Position numbers and translations under genes: made by a program
Assembly (NCBI GenBank): GCA_963719515.1
Contig: CAVRCJ010000005.1
Location: forward strand, 128,001-192,000
DNA: 64,000 nt
Reading direction: 5' to 3'
From: an uncultured cyanobacterium
Lineage (GTDB): Bacteria; Cyanobacteriota; Cyanobacteriia; CAKZMO01
The notes under the pieces: model-generated
Told to the model about the DNA's origin: nothing
What the model saw: the letters and a program-made list of their open reading frames with translations, nothing else
The model's database searches: none
Part shown: positions 39,802 through 50,592 of the stretch, piece by piece
Layout of the letters: the number at the start of each line of letters is the position of its first letter
Numbering within the stretch: the stretch's first letter is position 1

Positions 39802-42542
39802 GTGGCGTTGGGCAACTGGATGCGTCAGGCTTTTGGAGCGCTTGCAGGAAGCAATTATCGCTGGAGCCCTGAGGCAGAGGAGGTGGTGGGTGACCTGCTG
39901 CGGGCGCTGCGGCGTAAGCGCGGGTTTGGCCTATTTTTTGTGCAGTGCAGCCCTGCCCAAGGGCAGCAGGTGATGGCGGCTATTCAGGAGCGACTGCCTC
40001 AGAAGCGGCTGGCGGAGTTTGAGCTAGAGCGCGATAGCAAGACGCTCTATGGTGAGCTGCTGGAGAGCTATCGGGCGGAGCCGTTTGAGGTGGCTTGCGT
40101 GACGGGGGTAGAGCAAGCGCTGTATGACTATGAGGATACGAAGCGCATTGCGGGGTGGAGTTCGGAAGAGATATATAACTATAGCTGGAAGGGGCTGCCG
40201 CCGCTGCTAAGCCACCTTAACCGGCAGCGAGAAGCGTTTGAGGCCAATCTTCCTGTTGCATTACTTTTTTTGGTGCCGGGATTCGTAATTGACTATTTCG
40301 TTCAACGAGCACCAGATTTCTTTGATTGGCGCTCAGGTTTTTTTAGGCTATCTCCTAGAATCGGAAGATGCGGCGAAAAGCTATTTGAGGAGCTAACCAG
40401 TGAAGAATTTGAGGAATATAAAGAACTATCTTCAGAGAAACGTCTTCAAAGAATTCTACAGATCAAAGATTTATTGAAGTCTAGCGATTTAGAAAAAGAG
40501 CAGCAAGCGCAGATGCTGCGAGAGCAAGGACGCTTGTTTAGCAGTGGTGATGATTTCGAACAGTCTTTAGATTGCTACAGTCGCGCAATAAAATTTCAGC
40601 CAGATTGTCATGAAACATTTAGAAGCAAAGGAATTGTACTACGTAATCTAGAACGATACGAGGAGGCGATCGCTGCCTATGACACCGCTCTCAACATCAA
40701 GCCGGACAATCACAAGGTGCTCAACAACAAAGGAATTGCGCTATATCGTCTAGAACGATACGAGGAGGCGATCGCCGCCTATGACGCCGCCCTCATCATC
40801 AAGCCGGACAACCACTATGCTCTCAAAAGCAAAGGATTTGCGCTACGGAATCTAGAACGATACGAGGAGGCGATCGCCGCCTATGACGCCGCACTCATCA
40901 TCAAGCCGGACTTCCACGAGGCGCTCAACATCAAAGGAAATGCGCTACGGAATCTAGAACGATACGAGGAGGCGATCGCCGCCTATGACGCCGCCCTCAA
41001 CATCAAGCCGGACCTACCACGAGGCGCTCAACAACAAAGGATTTGCGCTAGATGATCTAGAACGATACGAGGAGGCGATCGCCGCCTATGACGCCGCCCT
41101 CAACATCAAGCCGGACGACCACAAGGCGCTCAACAACAAAGGAAATGCGCTAGGTAATCTAGAACGATACGAGGAGGCGATCGCCGCCTATGACGCCGCC
41201 CTCAACATCAAGCCGGACAAACACGAGGTGCTCAACAACAAAGGAATTGCGCTATATCGTCTAGAACGATACGAGGCGGCGATCGCCGCCTATGACGCCG
41301 CCCTCACCATCAAGCCGGACAACCACGATGCGCTCAACAACAAAGGAAATGCGCTAGATAATCTAGAACGATACGAGGAGGCGATCGCCGCCTATGACGC
41401 CGCCCTCAACATCAAGCCGGACTACCACGAGGCGCTCAACAACAAAGGAATTGCGCTAGGTAATCTAGAACGATACGAGGAGGCGATCGCCGCCTATGAC
41501 GCCGCCCTCAACATCAAGCCGGACAAACACGAGGTGCTCTACAACAAAGGAAATGCGCTATATCGTCTAGAACGATACGAGGAGGCGATCGCCGCCTATG
41601 ACGCCGCCCTCACCATCAACCCGGACAAACACGATGCGCTCAACAACAAAGGAAATGCGCTAGATGATCTAGAGCGATACGAGGAGGCGATCGCCGCCTA
41701 TGACGCCGCCCTCACCATCAAGCCGGACTACCACGGGGCGCTCAACAACAAAGGATTTGCGCTAGGGAATCTAAAACGATACGAGGAGGCGATCGCCGCC
41801 TATGACGCCGCCCTCAACATCAAGCCGGACTACCACGGGGCGCTCAACAACAAAGGAACTGCGCTAGGGAATCTAAAACGATACGAGGAGGCGATCGCCG
41901 CCTTTGACGCCGCCCTTAACATCAAGCCGGACCTCCACGATGCGCTCAACAACAAAGGACTTGCGCTAGCTGACCTAGAACGATACGAGGAGGCGATCGC
42001 CGCCTATGACGCTGCTCTCAACATCAAGCCGGACAAACACGGGGCGCTTAACAACAAAGGAAATGCGCTAGCTAATCTAGAACAATACGAGGCGGCGATC
42101 GCCTCCTATGACGCTGCTCTCAACATCAAGCCAGACCTCCACAAGGCGCTCAACAACAAAGGAAATGCGCATATGACCTAGAGCGATACGAGGAGGCGAT
42201 CGCCGCCTATGACGCCGCCCTCAACATCAAGCCGGACACGAGGCGCTCAACAACAAAGGAATTGCGCTAGGGAATCTAGAACGATACGAGGAGGCGATCG
42301 CCGCCTATGACGCCGCCCTCATCATCAAGCCGGACAAACACGATGTGCTCTACAACAAAGCCTGCTGCTACGGACTACAGGGTCAAGTAGACTCAGCCCT
42401 CCTCTGGCTAGAAAAAGCGATCGCCCTCGACTCTGAATATCGCACTATGGCTTCAGCTGACAGCGACTTTGACTCTATTCGAGACAACAAGCGCTTTCAG
42501 CAACTGCTCCATGCCACCCAAAGCAACGGGAGCGATCGCTGA
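39802..42542 (+). CDS. TPR-repeat protein with an N-terminal globular domain (possibly an inactive P-loop); frameshifts inside the repeat array
   Basis: LNRQRE...APDFFDWRSG domain, then ~18 TPRs and the terminal YNKACCYGLQG...DSDFDSIR cap. Confidence 0.85.
40600..42360 (+). repeat. Tandem array of ~17 near-identical 102-bp TPR-coding units
   Basis: CTAGAACGATACGAGGAGGCGATCGCCGCCTATGACGCCGCCCTC recurs about every 102 bp from 40648 to 42276. Confidence 0.95.
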
Positions 42543-42585
42543 GCAGCCCCAAAGCGATCGCCTCATAAAATTTTTTGTACTACCC

Positions 42586-42830
42586 TTGCGGCAGCTGACC
42601 CAATGCGATAAAGTCACTTCTTGAGAGCTGCATCCCGCAGCTTGGCTCCCAAGACTTTGGTCAGCGGAGACGACCGTCAGTAGCAATGGCGATCGCCTCC
42701 TAACCCCCTCGACAGACAATCCCTGTCTCGGCGGCTACGGGCATTATCCCGTGCCATCCCGAAACACGTCACGTCTAGGGATGGCCAAACCTTGGGTTTT
42801 CTGCCCAATTCACAACAGAGAACCCCAAAA
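42586..42830 (+). promoter_or_regulatory. Promoter plus conserved structured leader, copy 2
   Basis: TTGCGG-N17-TAAAGT; same order of motifs and hairpins as copy 1, with compensatory changes. Confidence 0.65.
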
Positions 42831-43307
42831 ATGACAATTCAATATCGCCCGTCGTCCCTTCCCCAAGAAGAGGCGGCACAGAGCCCAATGCCTTGCGAGC
42901 AGGAAAGCATCCCCAAAAGCCCACCCTCGTACGGGCAGGTTTTGCCGACAAGTTTTAACGGTGACCGTACCCATTTACGCCAAACCGGCCCCGATACCTT
43001 ATCGGCAGCCTCCGGCAGCGACCACAGCCGCCCCCGCGAAACCAACCCAGACATTGAGCCAAACACCGAAAGCATTCTAAACCTCAGCGCCCCCCACCCC
43101 AGCTCAGGCGACGACTACCTGCACCACATCCTCATCGGCTCCCCCAAAGCCGTCCAAGACACCATCAAGCTGCTGCACGTCTTGCGCTACGTCGAAGGGC
43201 GACTCTGGACGCCGCTGATTGCCATCCGCGAACAGGGTCTCCGCATCACCCCCAACGAGGGCGAGGTGTTGAGCTACCTGGTGCGACAGCATCTGAAGCG
43301 GCAATAG
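42831..43307 (+). CDS. Small hypothetical protein, paralog of 21423-21791
   Basis: LHHILIGSPKAVQDTIKLLHVLRYVEGRLWTPLIAIREQGLRITPNEGEVLSYLV. Confidence 0.75.
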   Translation: MTIQYRPSSLPQEEAAQSPMPCEQESIPKSPPSYGQVLPTSFNGDRTHLRQTGPDTLSAASGSDHSRPRETNPDIEPNTESILNLSAPHPSSGDDYLHHILIGSPKAVQDTIKLLHVLRYVEGRLWTPLIAIREQGLRITPNEGEVLSYLVRQHLKRQ

Positions 43308-43380
43308 CCACGGCAAAGGTCACCTCTAAAACCGCGTAGAGCGCGCAAAAAATTCCCCTCCAGCGCGGGCGATCGCCTTG

Positions 43381-43552
43381 GAGGGCGTTTGAAAAGTAAG
43401 GCCTTACGCTCTGGCTTCACCCCCCTTAGTCCCCCCTTGGCAAGGGGGGAAACCGCAGTTCTCCCCCTTGAGCTTTGGCGTTAGCCTGCCCGCAGGGCGT
43501 AGGGGAGTTAGAGGGGGTAATGCAGAACTTCTGCTACTTTTCAAACAGCCTC
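43381..43552. mobile_element. MITE with GAGG..GTTTGAAAAGT TIRs, copy 2
   Basis: GAGGGCGTTTGAAAAGT ... ACTTTTCAAACAGCCTC. Confidence 0.8.
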
Positions 43553-43619
43553 TTACGAGTGCTGTCGCGCTGAAGGGGGAAAAAGGGAGCCGAAAAGTCA
43601 AGCTTTGTATGTGTTTGGC

Positions 43620-44015
43620 GCAATCCTGGCCCTCTCCCCCGGCCTCTCTCCCAAACTTGATACCACTGGCGAAATATTTCGTAATCGAGCTGCACGCTTC
43701 GAGGCCCCCTAACCCCCAATTCTGGGGGAACCGGAGCAGTGGCCGTACTATTCGCGGCTATTGACTTTAAGGAGTTCTAACCTCTCTGAAGTCCCCCAGA
43801 ATTGGGGGATTGAGGGGGCCTTCTCCGGGGCAGGAAATAGCCGAGATGTAACAAGATATAAAATTCGCCAGCGGTATCAGAATTGGGGGAAGGGCTAGGG
43901 ATGGGGGCTTCCCAGGACGCTAAACACGTACCCCAAACTTGGGAGAGGGGAGTCTGGTTCCCTTCGCTCAGCATTGGGGGAAGGGCAGGGATGGGGCCTC
44001 CAGGACGCTAAACTC
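43620..44015. repeat. Cluster of G/C-run palindromic (REP-like) repeats
   Basis: CCCCCAATTCTGGGGGA / TCCCCCAGAATTGGGGG inverted pair, CTCTCCCAAA / TTGGGAGAGG, and a direct repeat GGGGAAGGGC(T)AGGGATGGGG..CCAGGACGCTAAAC. Confidence 0.65.
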
Positions 44016-44041
44016 ATACCAAGCTTTGCGGCGATGCGGTT

Positions 44042-46216
44042 CTACTTAATAAACAGCATCTCCTGATAGGTCGGCAGCGGCCAGAAGCTATCGGCCATCA
44101 CCCCCTCCAGCGCGTCCACATAGCCCCGCAGCTCATCCATCAGCCCCCGCAGGGTCTTGGCGCAGTACTGCATGTGCTCCTCAGTAGAGGCAAAGTCGTG
44201 CTTCTCCAGCGCCGCTTCTAAGTTGTCCGCCGCCTTCACCATGCCGTTGGTCAGCTCGGCCACCTTCTTGGCGCTCTCCGCCTCCAGGTCAATGCCCAGC
44301 CCAGTGAGGCTAGCAATGGTGGAAGACAGCTTAGAGAGATACTCAACAGCCGCCGGATATACCGTGGTCTTAGCCAGGCTCACCGCCAGCTTCGACTCTA
44401 CCTCAATGGACAGGATGTACTGCTCGGCGTACACCTCAAACCGGCTTTCCAGCTCAACCGGCGTCAGCACCCCGGTTTTCTCAAACAGGTCTTGGACCGA
44501 CTCTGACTTGAGTGACGGCAGTGCATCTGCGGTGGTGGGCAGGTTCGCTAGGCCGCGCTCCTCCACCGCCATCTTGTGCCACTCTTCCGAGTAGCCGTTG
44601 CCGCCAAACACCACGACGCCGTGCTCGTCCATCACCTCTTTGAGCACGGTAGAAATCGCCGCGTTCAGATCCGCGCCGCCCGATAGCTCGTTCTCTAACC
44701 GGTTGCCGACCCAGTCCAGGGAGTCAGCCAGCATCGTGTTGAGCACGATTAGGGGACCGGAGACCGACTGGCTGGAGCCGACGGCCCGGAACTCAAAGCG
44801 GTTGCCCGTGAAGGCAAACGGCGAGGTGCGGTTGCGATCGCCCGCGTCTTTGCTGAGGGGCGGCAGCACGTCCACGCCCAGATCCATAACGCCCTTCTGC
44901 TTGGAGCCGCTGAGGTTGCCTGCCTTAATCTGGTCAAACACCTCTTCGAGCTGGGTGCCCAGGTAGACCGACATAATGGCGGGTGGGGCCTCGTTCGCGC
45001 CCAGCCGGTGGTCATTGCTCGCGGTGGCGATCGCCGCCCGCATCAGGGGTCCATACTTGTGGACGCCGCGAATTACCGCGCCGCAGAACACTAAGAACTG
45101 AGCGTTTTCGTGGGGAGAATCGCCGGGGTCTAGCAGGTTGCCCTGGGTGGCGTTGCCCACCGACCAGTTGACGTGCTTACCGGAGCCATTGATGCCCGCA
45201 AACGGCTTCTCGTGCAGCAGACACATGAAGCCGTGCTTTTTGGCCGTCTGGCGCAGCACCGTCATCATCATCTGCTGGTGGTCGCTGGCGACGTTGGCCG
45301 CTTCGAAGTAAGGCGCGATTTCAAACTGACCAGGGGCCACCTCGTTGTGCCGAGTCTTGGCGGGGATGCCCAGCTTGTAGAGGGTCTCCTCCACGTCCTG
45401 CATAAACACCTGAACCCGCTCAGGAATGGCCCCAAAATAGTGGTCGTCGAACTCCTGTCCTTTAGCGGGAGGCTTACCGAATAGAGTACGACCGGCCAGC
45501 AGCAGGTCGGGGCGCTGGGTCGCAAAGTTGGCGTCTACCAAGAAATATTCTTGCTCAGCGCCGCAGCTGGAATTCACGTGGGCGACATTGGTGTGGCCCA
45601 ACAGCTTCAGTACCTTATTGGCGGCTTTGTCCATCGCCGCAATGGAGCGCAGCAGCGGCACCTTTTTGTCTAGCGCTTCACCTGTCCAAGAGATAAACAC
45701 CGTGGGGATGCAGAGCGTTGCCCCGTTGGAGGTCTCCATGATGTATGCCGGACTGGTGACGTCCCAACCTGTGTAGCCCCTAGCCTCATAGGTGTCGCGG
45801 ATGCCGCCGTTGGGGAATGAAGAGCCGTCGGGCTCGCCCTGTACCAGCAACTTGCCCGCAAACTCAGAGATCGCGCTGCCATCGCTTTGCACCGAGATGA
45901 AGCCGTCGTGCTTCTCGGCGGTTTGGTTGGTCATTGGGTAGAAAACGTGGGCATAGTAGAGAGCGCCCTTCGACATTGCCCAGTCGCGCATCGCGTGGGC
46001 AACGGTATCCGCAATCGAGGGGTCGAGGCTCTCGCCGGACGTGATCGTCTTCTTGATTGATTTGAAAACCGCCTTGGGAAGTGTCTCCTGCATCGTCGTC
46101 AGGTTAAACACGTTCTCTGCCCAGATGTCAGCCAAGCTCGACGGCGCTTTTGCAGGCAGCGGTGGCCGGTTAACTACGTTTTGAACAGCCTGAACGCGAG
46201 CATCATATCCACTCAT
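44042..46216 (-). CDS. glnN: Glutamine synthetase type III
   Basis: 724 aa; [60 protein letters not shown]. Confidence 0.96.
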   Translation of the reverse strand: MSGYDARVQAVQNVVNRPPLPAKAPSSLADIWAENVFNLTTMQETLPKAVFKSIKKTITSGESLDPSIADTVAHAMRDWAMSKGALYYAHVFYPMTNQTAEKHDGFISVQSDGSAISEFAGKLLVQGEPDGSSFPNGGIRDTYEARGYTGWDVTSPAYIMETSNGATLCIPTVFISWTGEALDKKVPLLRSIAAMDKAANKVLKLLGHTNVAHVNSSCGAEQEYFLVDANFATQRPDLLLAGRTLFGKPPAKGQEFDDHYFGAIPERVQVFMQDVEETLYKLGIPAKTRHNEVAPGQFEIAPYFEAANVASDHQQMMMTVLRQTAKKHGFMCLLHEKPFAGINGSGKHVNWSVGNATQGNLLDPGDSPHENAQFLVFCGAVIRGVHKYGPLMRAAIATASNDHRLGANEAPPAIMSVYLGTQLEEVFDQIKAGNLSGSKQKGVMDLGVDVLPPLSKDAGDRNRTSPFAFTGNRFEFRAVGSSQSVSGPLIVLNTMLADSLDWVGNRLENELSGGADLNAAISTVLKEVMDEHGVVVFGGNGYSEEWHKMAVEERGLANLPTTADALPSLKSESVQDLFEKTGVLTPVELESRFEVYAEQYILSIEVESKLAVSLAKTTVYPAAVEYLSKLSSTIASLTGLGIDLEAESAKKVAELTNGMVKAADNLEAALEKHDFASTEEHMQYCAKTLRGLMDELRGYVDALEGVMADSFWPLPTYQEMLFIK

Positions 46217-46246
46217 ACTTTTTCCCCTATAGTTCAGAGTGGCTTG

Positions 46247-46288
46247 ATGTTACTCAAAACAGGGCATCGAAATAGATAGCAGATATAC
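46247..46288 (-). promoter_or_regulatory. Putative NtcA-activated promoter of glnN
   Basis: Minus strand GTA-N8-ATC-N22-TAACAT versus consensus GTA-N8-TAC-N22-TAN3T. Confidence 0.55.
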
Positions 46289-46630
46289 CAAAGCTCAAAA
46301 ATTATCGCAAACTTCATGCGACAGCTCGCTGAAAAATGGCCCGTCCGAGCGCGACAGGTACAGCAGTGTGCTGAAGAGGGCAGGAGTTGAGGGAAGCGGC
46401 GCTACTAAAATTAAGAGGCCTAGCTATCCGCAACAAATATCCGAATTTCTCGTGTATTCAACCTTCCAGCTTGGTTCCATAAGCCTACAGATCAGAAACG
46501 CCCGCATTCAAAGCAGTTGAGGGACTAACCTCGACTTAGTGATTAATCTCACGGATTGCCGGGTTTCTACTGTGTGGAGGGCTACAAAATCCTGCAACAG
46601 CGCCGTTTTCCGCCCAGCGATCGCCCCTAG

Positions 46631-47284
46631 CTACGGCTGCCCCAACCGCCCGGTCGCGTAGCGGTAGTAGTGCCACATCAAATGCGCCACCACGCCCCGG
46701 TAGGGCTGCAGCGGTTCACAGCGCTGACGCAGCGCTTTTGCCGAGGGGCGATCGCTTAAGCCTTTGAGCTGTTGATACGCCACTTGGATTGCCAGATCTG
46801 AGGCGGGAAAGCTGTCTAAACGCTCCAGACAAAAGAGCATAAAGATTTCGGCGGTCCAAGGGCCAATACCCTTGACCTGGGTGAGCTTGTCGATGATGGC
46901 GCTGTCATCCCACTCAGATAAATTATCTAGAGGCAGGTCGCCCGAGGCGATAAGCTCACCCAAGGCGCGGCAGGTGGCTACCTTGGTGCGGCTCAGCCCC
47001 GCCTGCCTGAGAGCCTCTTCAGGGCAAGCCAGCAGGCGCTCCGGCGTCACTGGGTCTAGCCGCGTTTCTAGCCGCGCGAAAATAGCGCGGGCGGCGTGGG
47101 CCGAGAGCTGCTGACCGGCGATAGTGCGTACTAGCGCGCTGTAGGTGACCGCCCACCGGCGCACCTGCAGCGGACCCACCTGGGCCTCCACGCGGCCAAA
47201 GTCGGGATCGAGGGCGCAGACTTTCTCAATAGCCGCCCTTAAGCGAGGGCTGGGCGGAACGAGCTCGGGCGAGGCGTCTACCAT
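46631..47284 (-). CDS. DNA-3-methyladenine glycosylase II (AlkA/HhH-GPD family)
   Basis: IAGQQLS, VKGIGPWTAE HhH motif, FPASDL. Confidence 0.88.
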   Translation of the reverse strand: MVDASPELVPPSPRLRAAIEKVCALDPDFGRVEAQVGPLQVRRWAVTYSALVRTIAGQQLSAHAARAIFARLETRLDPVTPERLLACPEEALRQAGLSRTKVATCRALGELIASGDLPLDNLSEWDDSAIIDKLTQVKGIGPWTAEIFMLFCLERLDSFPASDLAIQVAYQQLKGLSDRPSAKALRQRCEPLQPYRGVVAHLMWHYYRYATGRLGQP

Positions 47285-47304
47285 AGGATACTTTGCCCTC
47301 AAGC

Positions 47305-48108
47305 CTATTCGGAGATTGCCGCCTTGAGGCTGCGGCAAAAGGCCTCAATCTCTTTGAGCCCCTGCTGGGGTGAGCCTTCCGCCAGCCGCTTTACAAAGGC
47401 GCTGCCCACCACCACCGCATTGGCTCCCCATTCCATAATCTGGCGGGCCTGGTCGGGCTGCGAGATGCCAAACCCCACCGCGATGGGCTTGTCGGAGACG
47501 CTTTGCAGATCCATGAGCAAATCCTGAACCCGTGACTCTACGCGGGTGCGGACCCCCGTCACGCCGGTGACGCTCACCAAATAAATGAAGCCCTGAGACT
47601 TAGCGGCGATCGCCTCAATGCGTTCCTTGGAGCTGGTGGGGGCCACCAGCAGCGTCAGCTCTATCCCATACTGCAGTCCCGTCTGCAGCAGCGTCTCCGC
47701 CTCTTCCAGCGGTAAATCTGGCACCACCAGTCCCTTCACCCCCGCCTCTGAAATGGTCTTCAAAAAGGCGTCAACGCCCTGATTGAGGATGGGGTTGTAG
47801 TAGGTAAACAGAATAATGGGGCTCTGCATTTCGGGGCTCACCTGTCGCACCACATCGAGAACGCTACTGAGCTGGGTGCCGCGCTTAAGGGCGCGAGACG
47901 CCGCCGCCTGAATCGTGGGGCCGTCTGCCAGCGGGTCGGAGTAGGGAACCCCTAGCTCAATCACGTCCGCGCCGCTGCGATCGAGCAGCCGCAGCGCCTG
48001 GGCGGTGGTGTCAAGGTCGGGGTCCCCCGCCGTGATGTAGGGAACCAAGGCGCACTGGCCGCGATCGCGGAGGGCGTTCATGCGCTCTGAGACGGAAGGT
48101 GAAGGCAT
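47305..48108 (-). CDS. trpA: Tryptophan synthase alpha chain
   Basis: [30 protein letters not shown]. Confidence 0.96.
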   Translation of the reverse strand: MPSPSVSERMNALRDRGQCALVPYITAGDPDLDTTAQALRLLDRSGADVIELGVPYSDPLADGPTIQAAASRALKRGTQLSSVLDVVRQVSPEMQSPIILFTYYNPILNQGVDAFLKTISEAGVKGLVVPDLPLEEAETLLQTGLQYGIELTLLVAPTSSKERIEAIAAKSQGFIYLVSVTGVTGVRTRVESRVQDLLMDLQSVSDKPIAVGFGISQPDQARQIMEWGANAVVVGSAFVKRLAEGSPQQGLKEIEAFCRSLKAAISE

Positions 48109-48224
48109 AGGGGCTAGAGGGTGCTGAGACAGATCCAAGCTTACCGGATGGAGGTCTAATTTCTATTATCTGCTGATGGGCATCAGCCTGAAATAAGCGA
48201 TGTATATCTCTGCCTAAGTCTCTG

Positions 48225-49013
48225 CTACTTAGACGGCTGCAGCACCCACTGCAATACCCCCGGCAGCAGCCGGTACGCCTCCGTGGCGATCGCCGCCGGC
48301 CCCACTACGGTCTCCGTCTGCCCCTTACTCACCGCCTGCCAAATCGCCTTAGCGACGTCCTCTGGCTCACTGGCCACGGCGCTGCTCAGAGTCTCCTGCA
48401 TTTGCGATCGCTTTGCCTCCGCATCATCCCCACGAAACATGGCCCGCTCCATAAAGCTGCTGTTGATGATGCCGGGGTGGACAATGGCCACTTGAATACC
48501 TTTGGGGCGCAGCTCCAGCCGCAGGGTGTCGGTGAGGCCGGTGATAGCGTATTTGCTGGTGCAGTAGGCAGTCATGTAGGGGAGGGGCATTTTGCCGCCG
48601 AAAGAGCCGACGTTGACAATAGAGCCGCTGCCGCGGGCTAGGAACTGGGGCAGCAGCGCCTGGATCGTATGGACGTAGCCCCAGAGGTTGGTGTTGAGGA
48701 TCTCGGTCCAGTCGTCGAGGGTGGTTTTCTCTGCAGGGCCGGTGAGACAGATGCCGGCGTTGTTCACTAAAACATCAATAGAGCCAAAGGCGATCGCCTT
48801 TTCAGCGAGGTCGTTCACCTGCTGGGCATCTCCCACATCAGCAGGAACCGCTAAGGCCCTTTGCCCCATGGCTCTTACCTCCTGCGCCACTGCCTCTAGC
48901 CGGTCGGAACTGCGGGCGGTGAGTACAGTATCGTAGCCCTGCTTGGCAAACAGCAGTGCGGTCGCCCGCCCGGTCCCCTGAGATGCGCCAGTAATTAAGA
49001 CTGTTGGTGCCAT
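48225..49013 (-). CDS. Short-chain dehydrogenase/reductase
   Basis: TGASQGTG, NNAG, YCTSK. Confidence 0.92.
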   Translation of the reverse strand: MAPTVLITGASQGTGRATALLFAKQGYDTVLTARSSDRLEAVAQEVRAMGQRALAVPADVGDAQQVNDLAEKAIAFGSIDVLVNNAGICLTGPAEKTTLDDWTEILNTNLWGYVHTIQALLPQFLARGSGSIVNVGSFGGKMPLPYMTAYCTSKYAITGLTDTLRLELRPKGIQVAIVHPGIINSSFMERAMFRGDDAEAKRSQMQETLSSAVASEPEDVAKAIWQAVSKGQTETVVGPAAIATEAYRLLPGVLQWVLQPSK

Positions 49014-49044
49014 AACGCTATTTGATGTACGACTAGACCTATCA

Positions 49045-50424
49045 GAATCTTTTGCAGTACTCCGACCATAGCTGAAAGCTTGGTTGGTGGTGTAGCGAAA
49101 CGCGAGCAAAGCGAGCAATCTACAATAGATTATAGTATATTGTAGACATACTAAACATGACGTGGGAATTTAAGCTAAAGCCGAGCGCCGAGCAGGTTGC
49201 GGAGATTGAGCATACATTGTCTGTGTGCCGCAGTGTCTGGAACTTTGCGCTACGTGAGCGCAAAGACTGGTTGGATTCCCGCAACTCACCCATCAACGCC
49301 TGCTCACTGCGAGGAGAGTACATTCTCTCAGCAGACGAACCGTTCCCTGGCTACCACGTTCAGGCAAAGCGACTTACCGCTGCCAAAAAAGAGTTTCCAC
49401 TCTTTTTGGCAGTTAACGCTCAAATGCTGCAGCAGGTGCTGAGGAAGCTGGACATTGCCTGGGAGGCGTGGCGGCTGAAGCGAGCCGGGTTGCCCCGGTT
49501 CAAGAAGTCTAGCCGGATGCGGAGTTTTGTTTTCCCGCAGATGCTCAAGAACTGCATCAGCGCTGATGGAATCAAACTGCCACAGCTGGGCTGGGTTGGA
49601 GTTCGTTGGTCTCGTCAGATACCGTAGCCTGTTCGCCGTCAAGCAAGCCCGAATTGTCCGCAAAGCGTCGGGCTACTTTGTCATGCTGTCGCTAGAGGCT
49701 GATGTAGACATCCCTGATGTTCCCTTTCACGGCCACCCGGTCGGAATCGATGTGGGCCTTGAATACTTCCTCTCGACTTCTGATGGCGAGCAGGTCAAGC
49801 GACCCCGCTTTTTCGACGAGCTGCACCGCAAGCTGAAATCGCTGCAGCGTAGACTCAAGACTAAGCGCAAGGGGAGCAACAACTGGCTGAAGCTGCAAAA
49901 GAAGATATCGAGAGTGCATCAGCGCATCGCCGACACCCGCAAGGACTGGCACTACAAGCTAGCTCATCATCTGTGTGATGGCGCAGGCGCTGTGTTTGTC
50001 GAAGACCTCGACTTCCGCATCATGGCGAAAGGGATGCTGGGCAAACACATCCTTGACGCTGGCCTGGGGCAGTTCACCAATCAGGTGTTGCCCTGGGTGT
50101 GCTGGAAGCGTGATGTCTACTACGGCAAGGTGGACCCAAAGGGCACCTCTCAGGAGTGCCCAGACTGCGGCGCTGAGGTCCGCAAAGGTCTGAGCACCCG
50201 AATATCGCACTGCCGCTCTTGCGGTTCACTCAAGCCGCGAGATGTGGCAGCGGCACAAGTGATTAGTACCCGTGGGCAACGGGGAATAGAAAATGCCTGT
50301 GGAGTCGAGGCGGCGGGGGCTGGGGTAACTCAGTCTAGCTGGCTGGCAGCGAAGCAGGAACTCTTTGGGGTAACCCAGGGAATCTCCCTGCATACCCGAT
50401 AGGGTTGCTGGGAGAGGATGTCAA
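49045..50424 (+). mobile_element. IS200/IS605 (tnpB-only) element; left boundary approximate
   Basis: Hairpin CCGACCATAGCTGAAAGCTTGGTTGG upstream of tnpB; right end ...GGGAGAGGATGTCAA. Confidence 0.75.
49157..50402 (+). CDS. tnpB: TnpB with an apparent frameshift near 49620
   Basis: WEFKLKP N-terminus; GIDVG, FVEDL, CPDC/CRSC, PRDVAAA. Confidence 0.85.
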
Positions 50425-50592
50425 TCCAACAGTGTGAATAATGCTGATGAGTTCCGCATCTGCCTGGACGCAGACCTGCCTTGGTCTACATCTGCGGAAT
50501 GGGCTCCATGGTCTGATAGACTTGGCGATGGAGTGGGGTTTATTAAATCTTGCTTAAAAAGCCGTATCAATGAGTTTGGGAGGGCAGAACCC

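Noticed and set aside
40600..42360. Regular repeat array as a possible CRISPR array
   Set aside because: Units are 102 bp, in-frame and TPR-coding, with no unique spacers.
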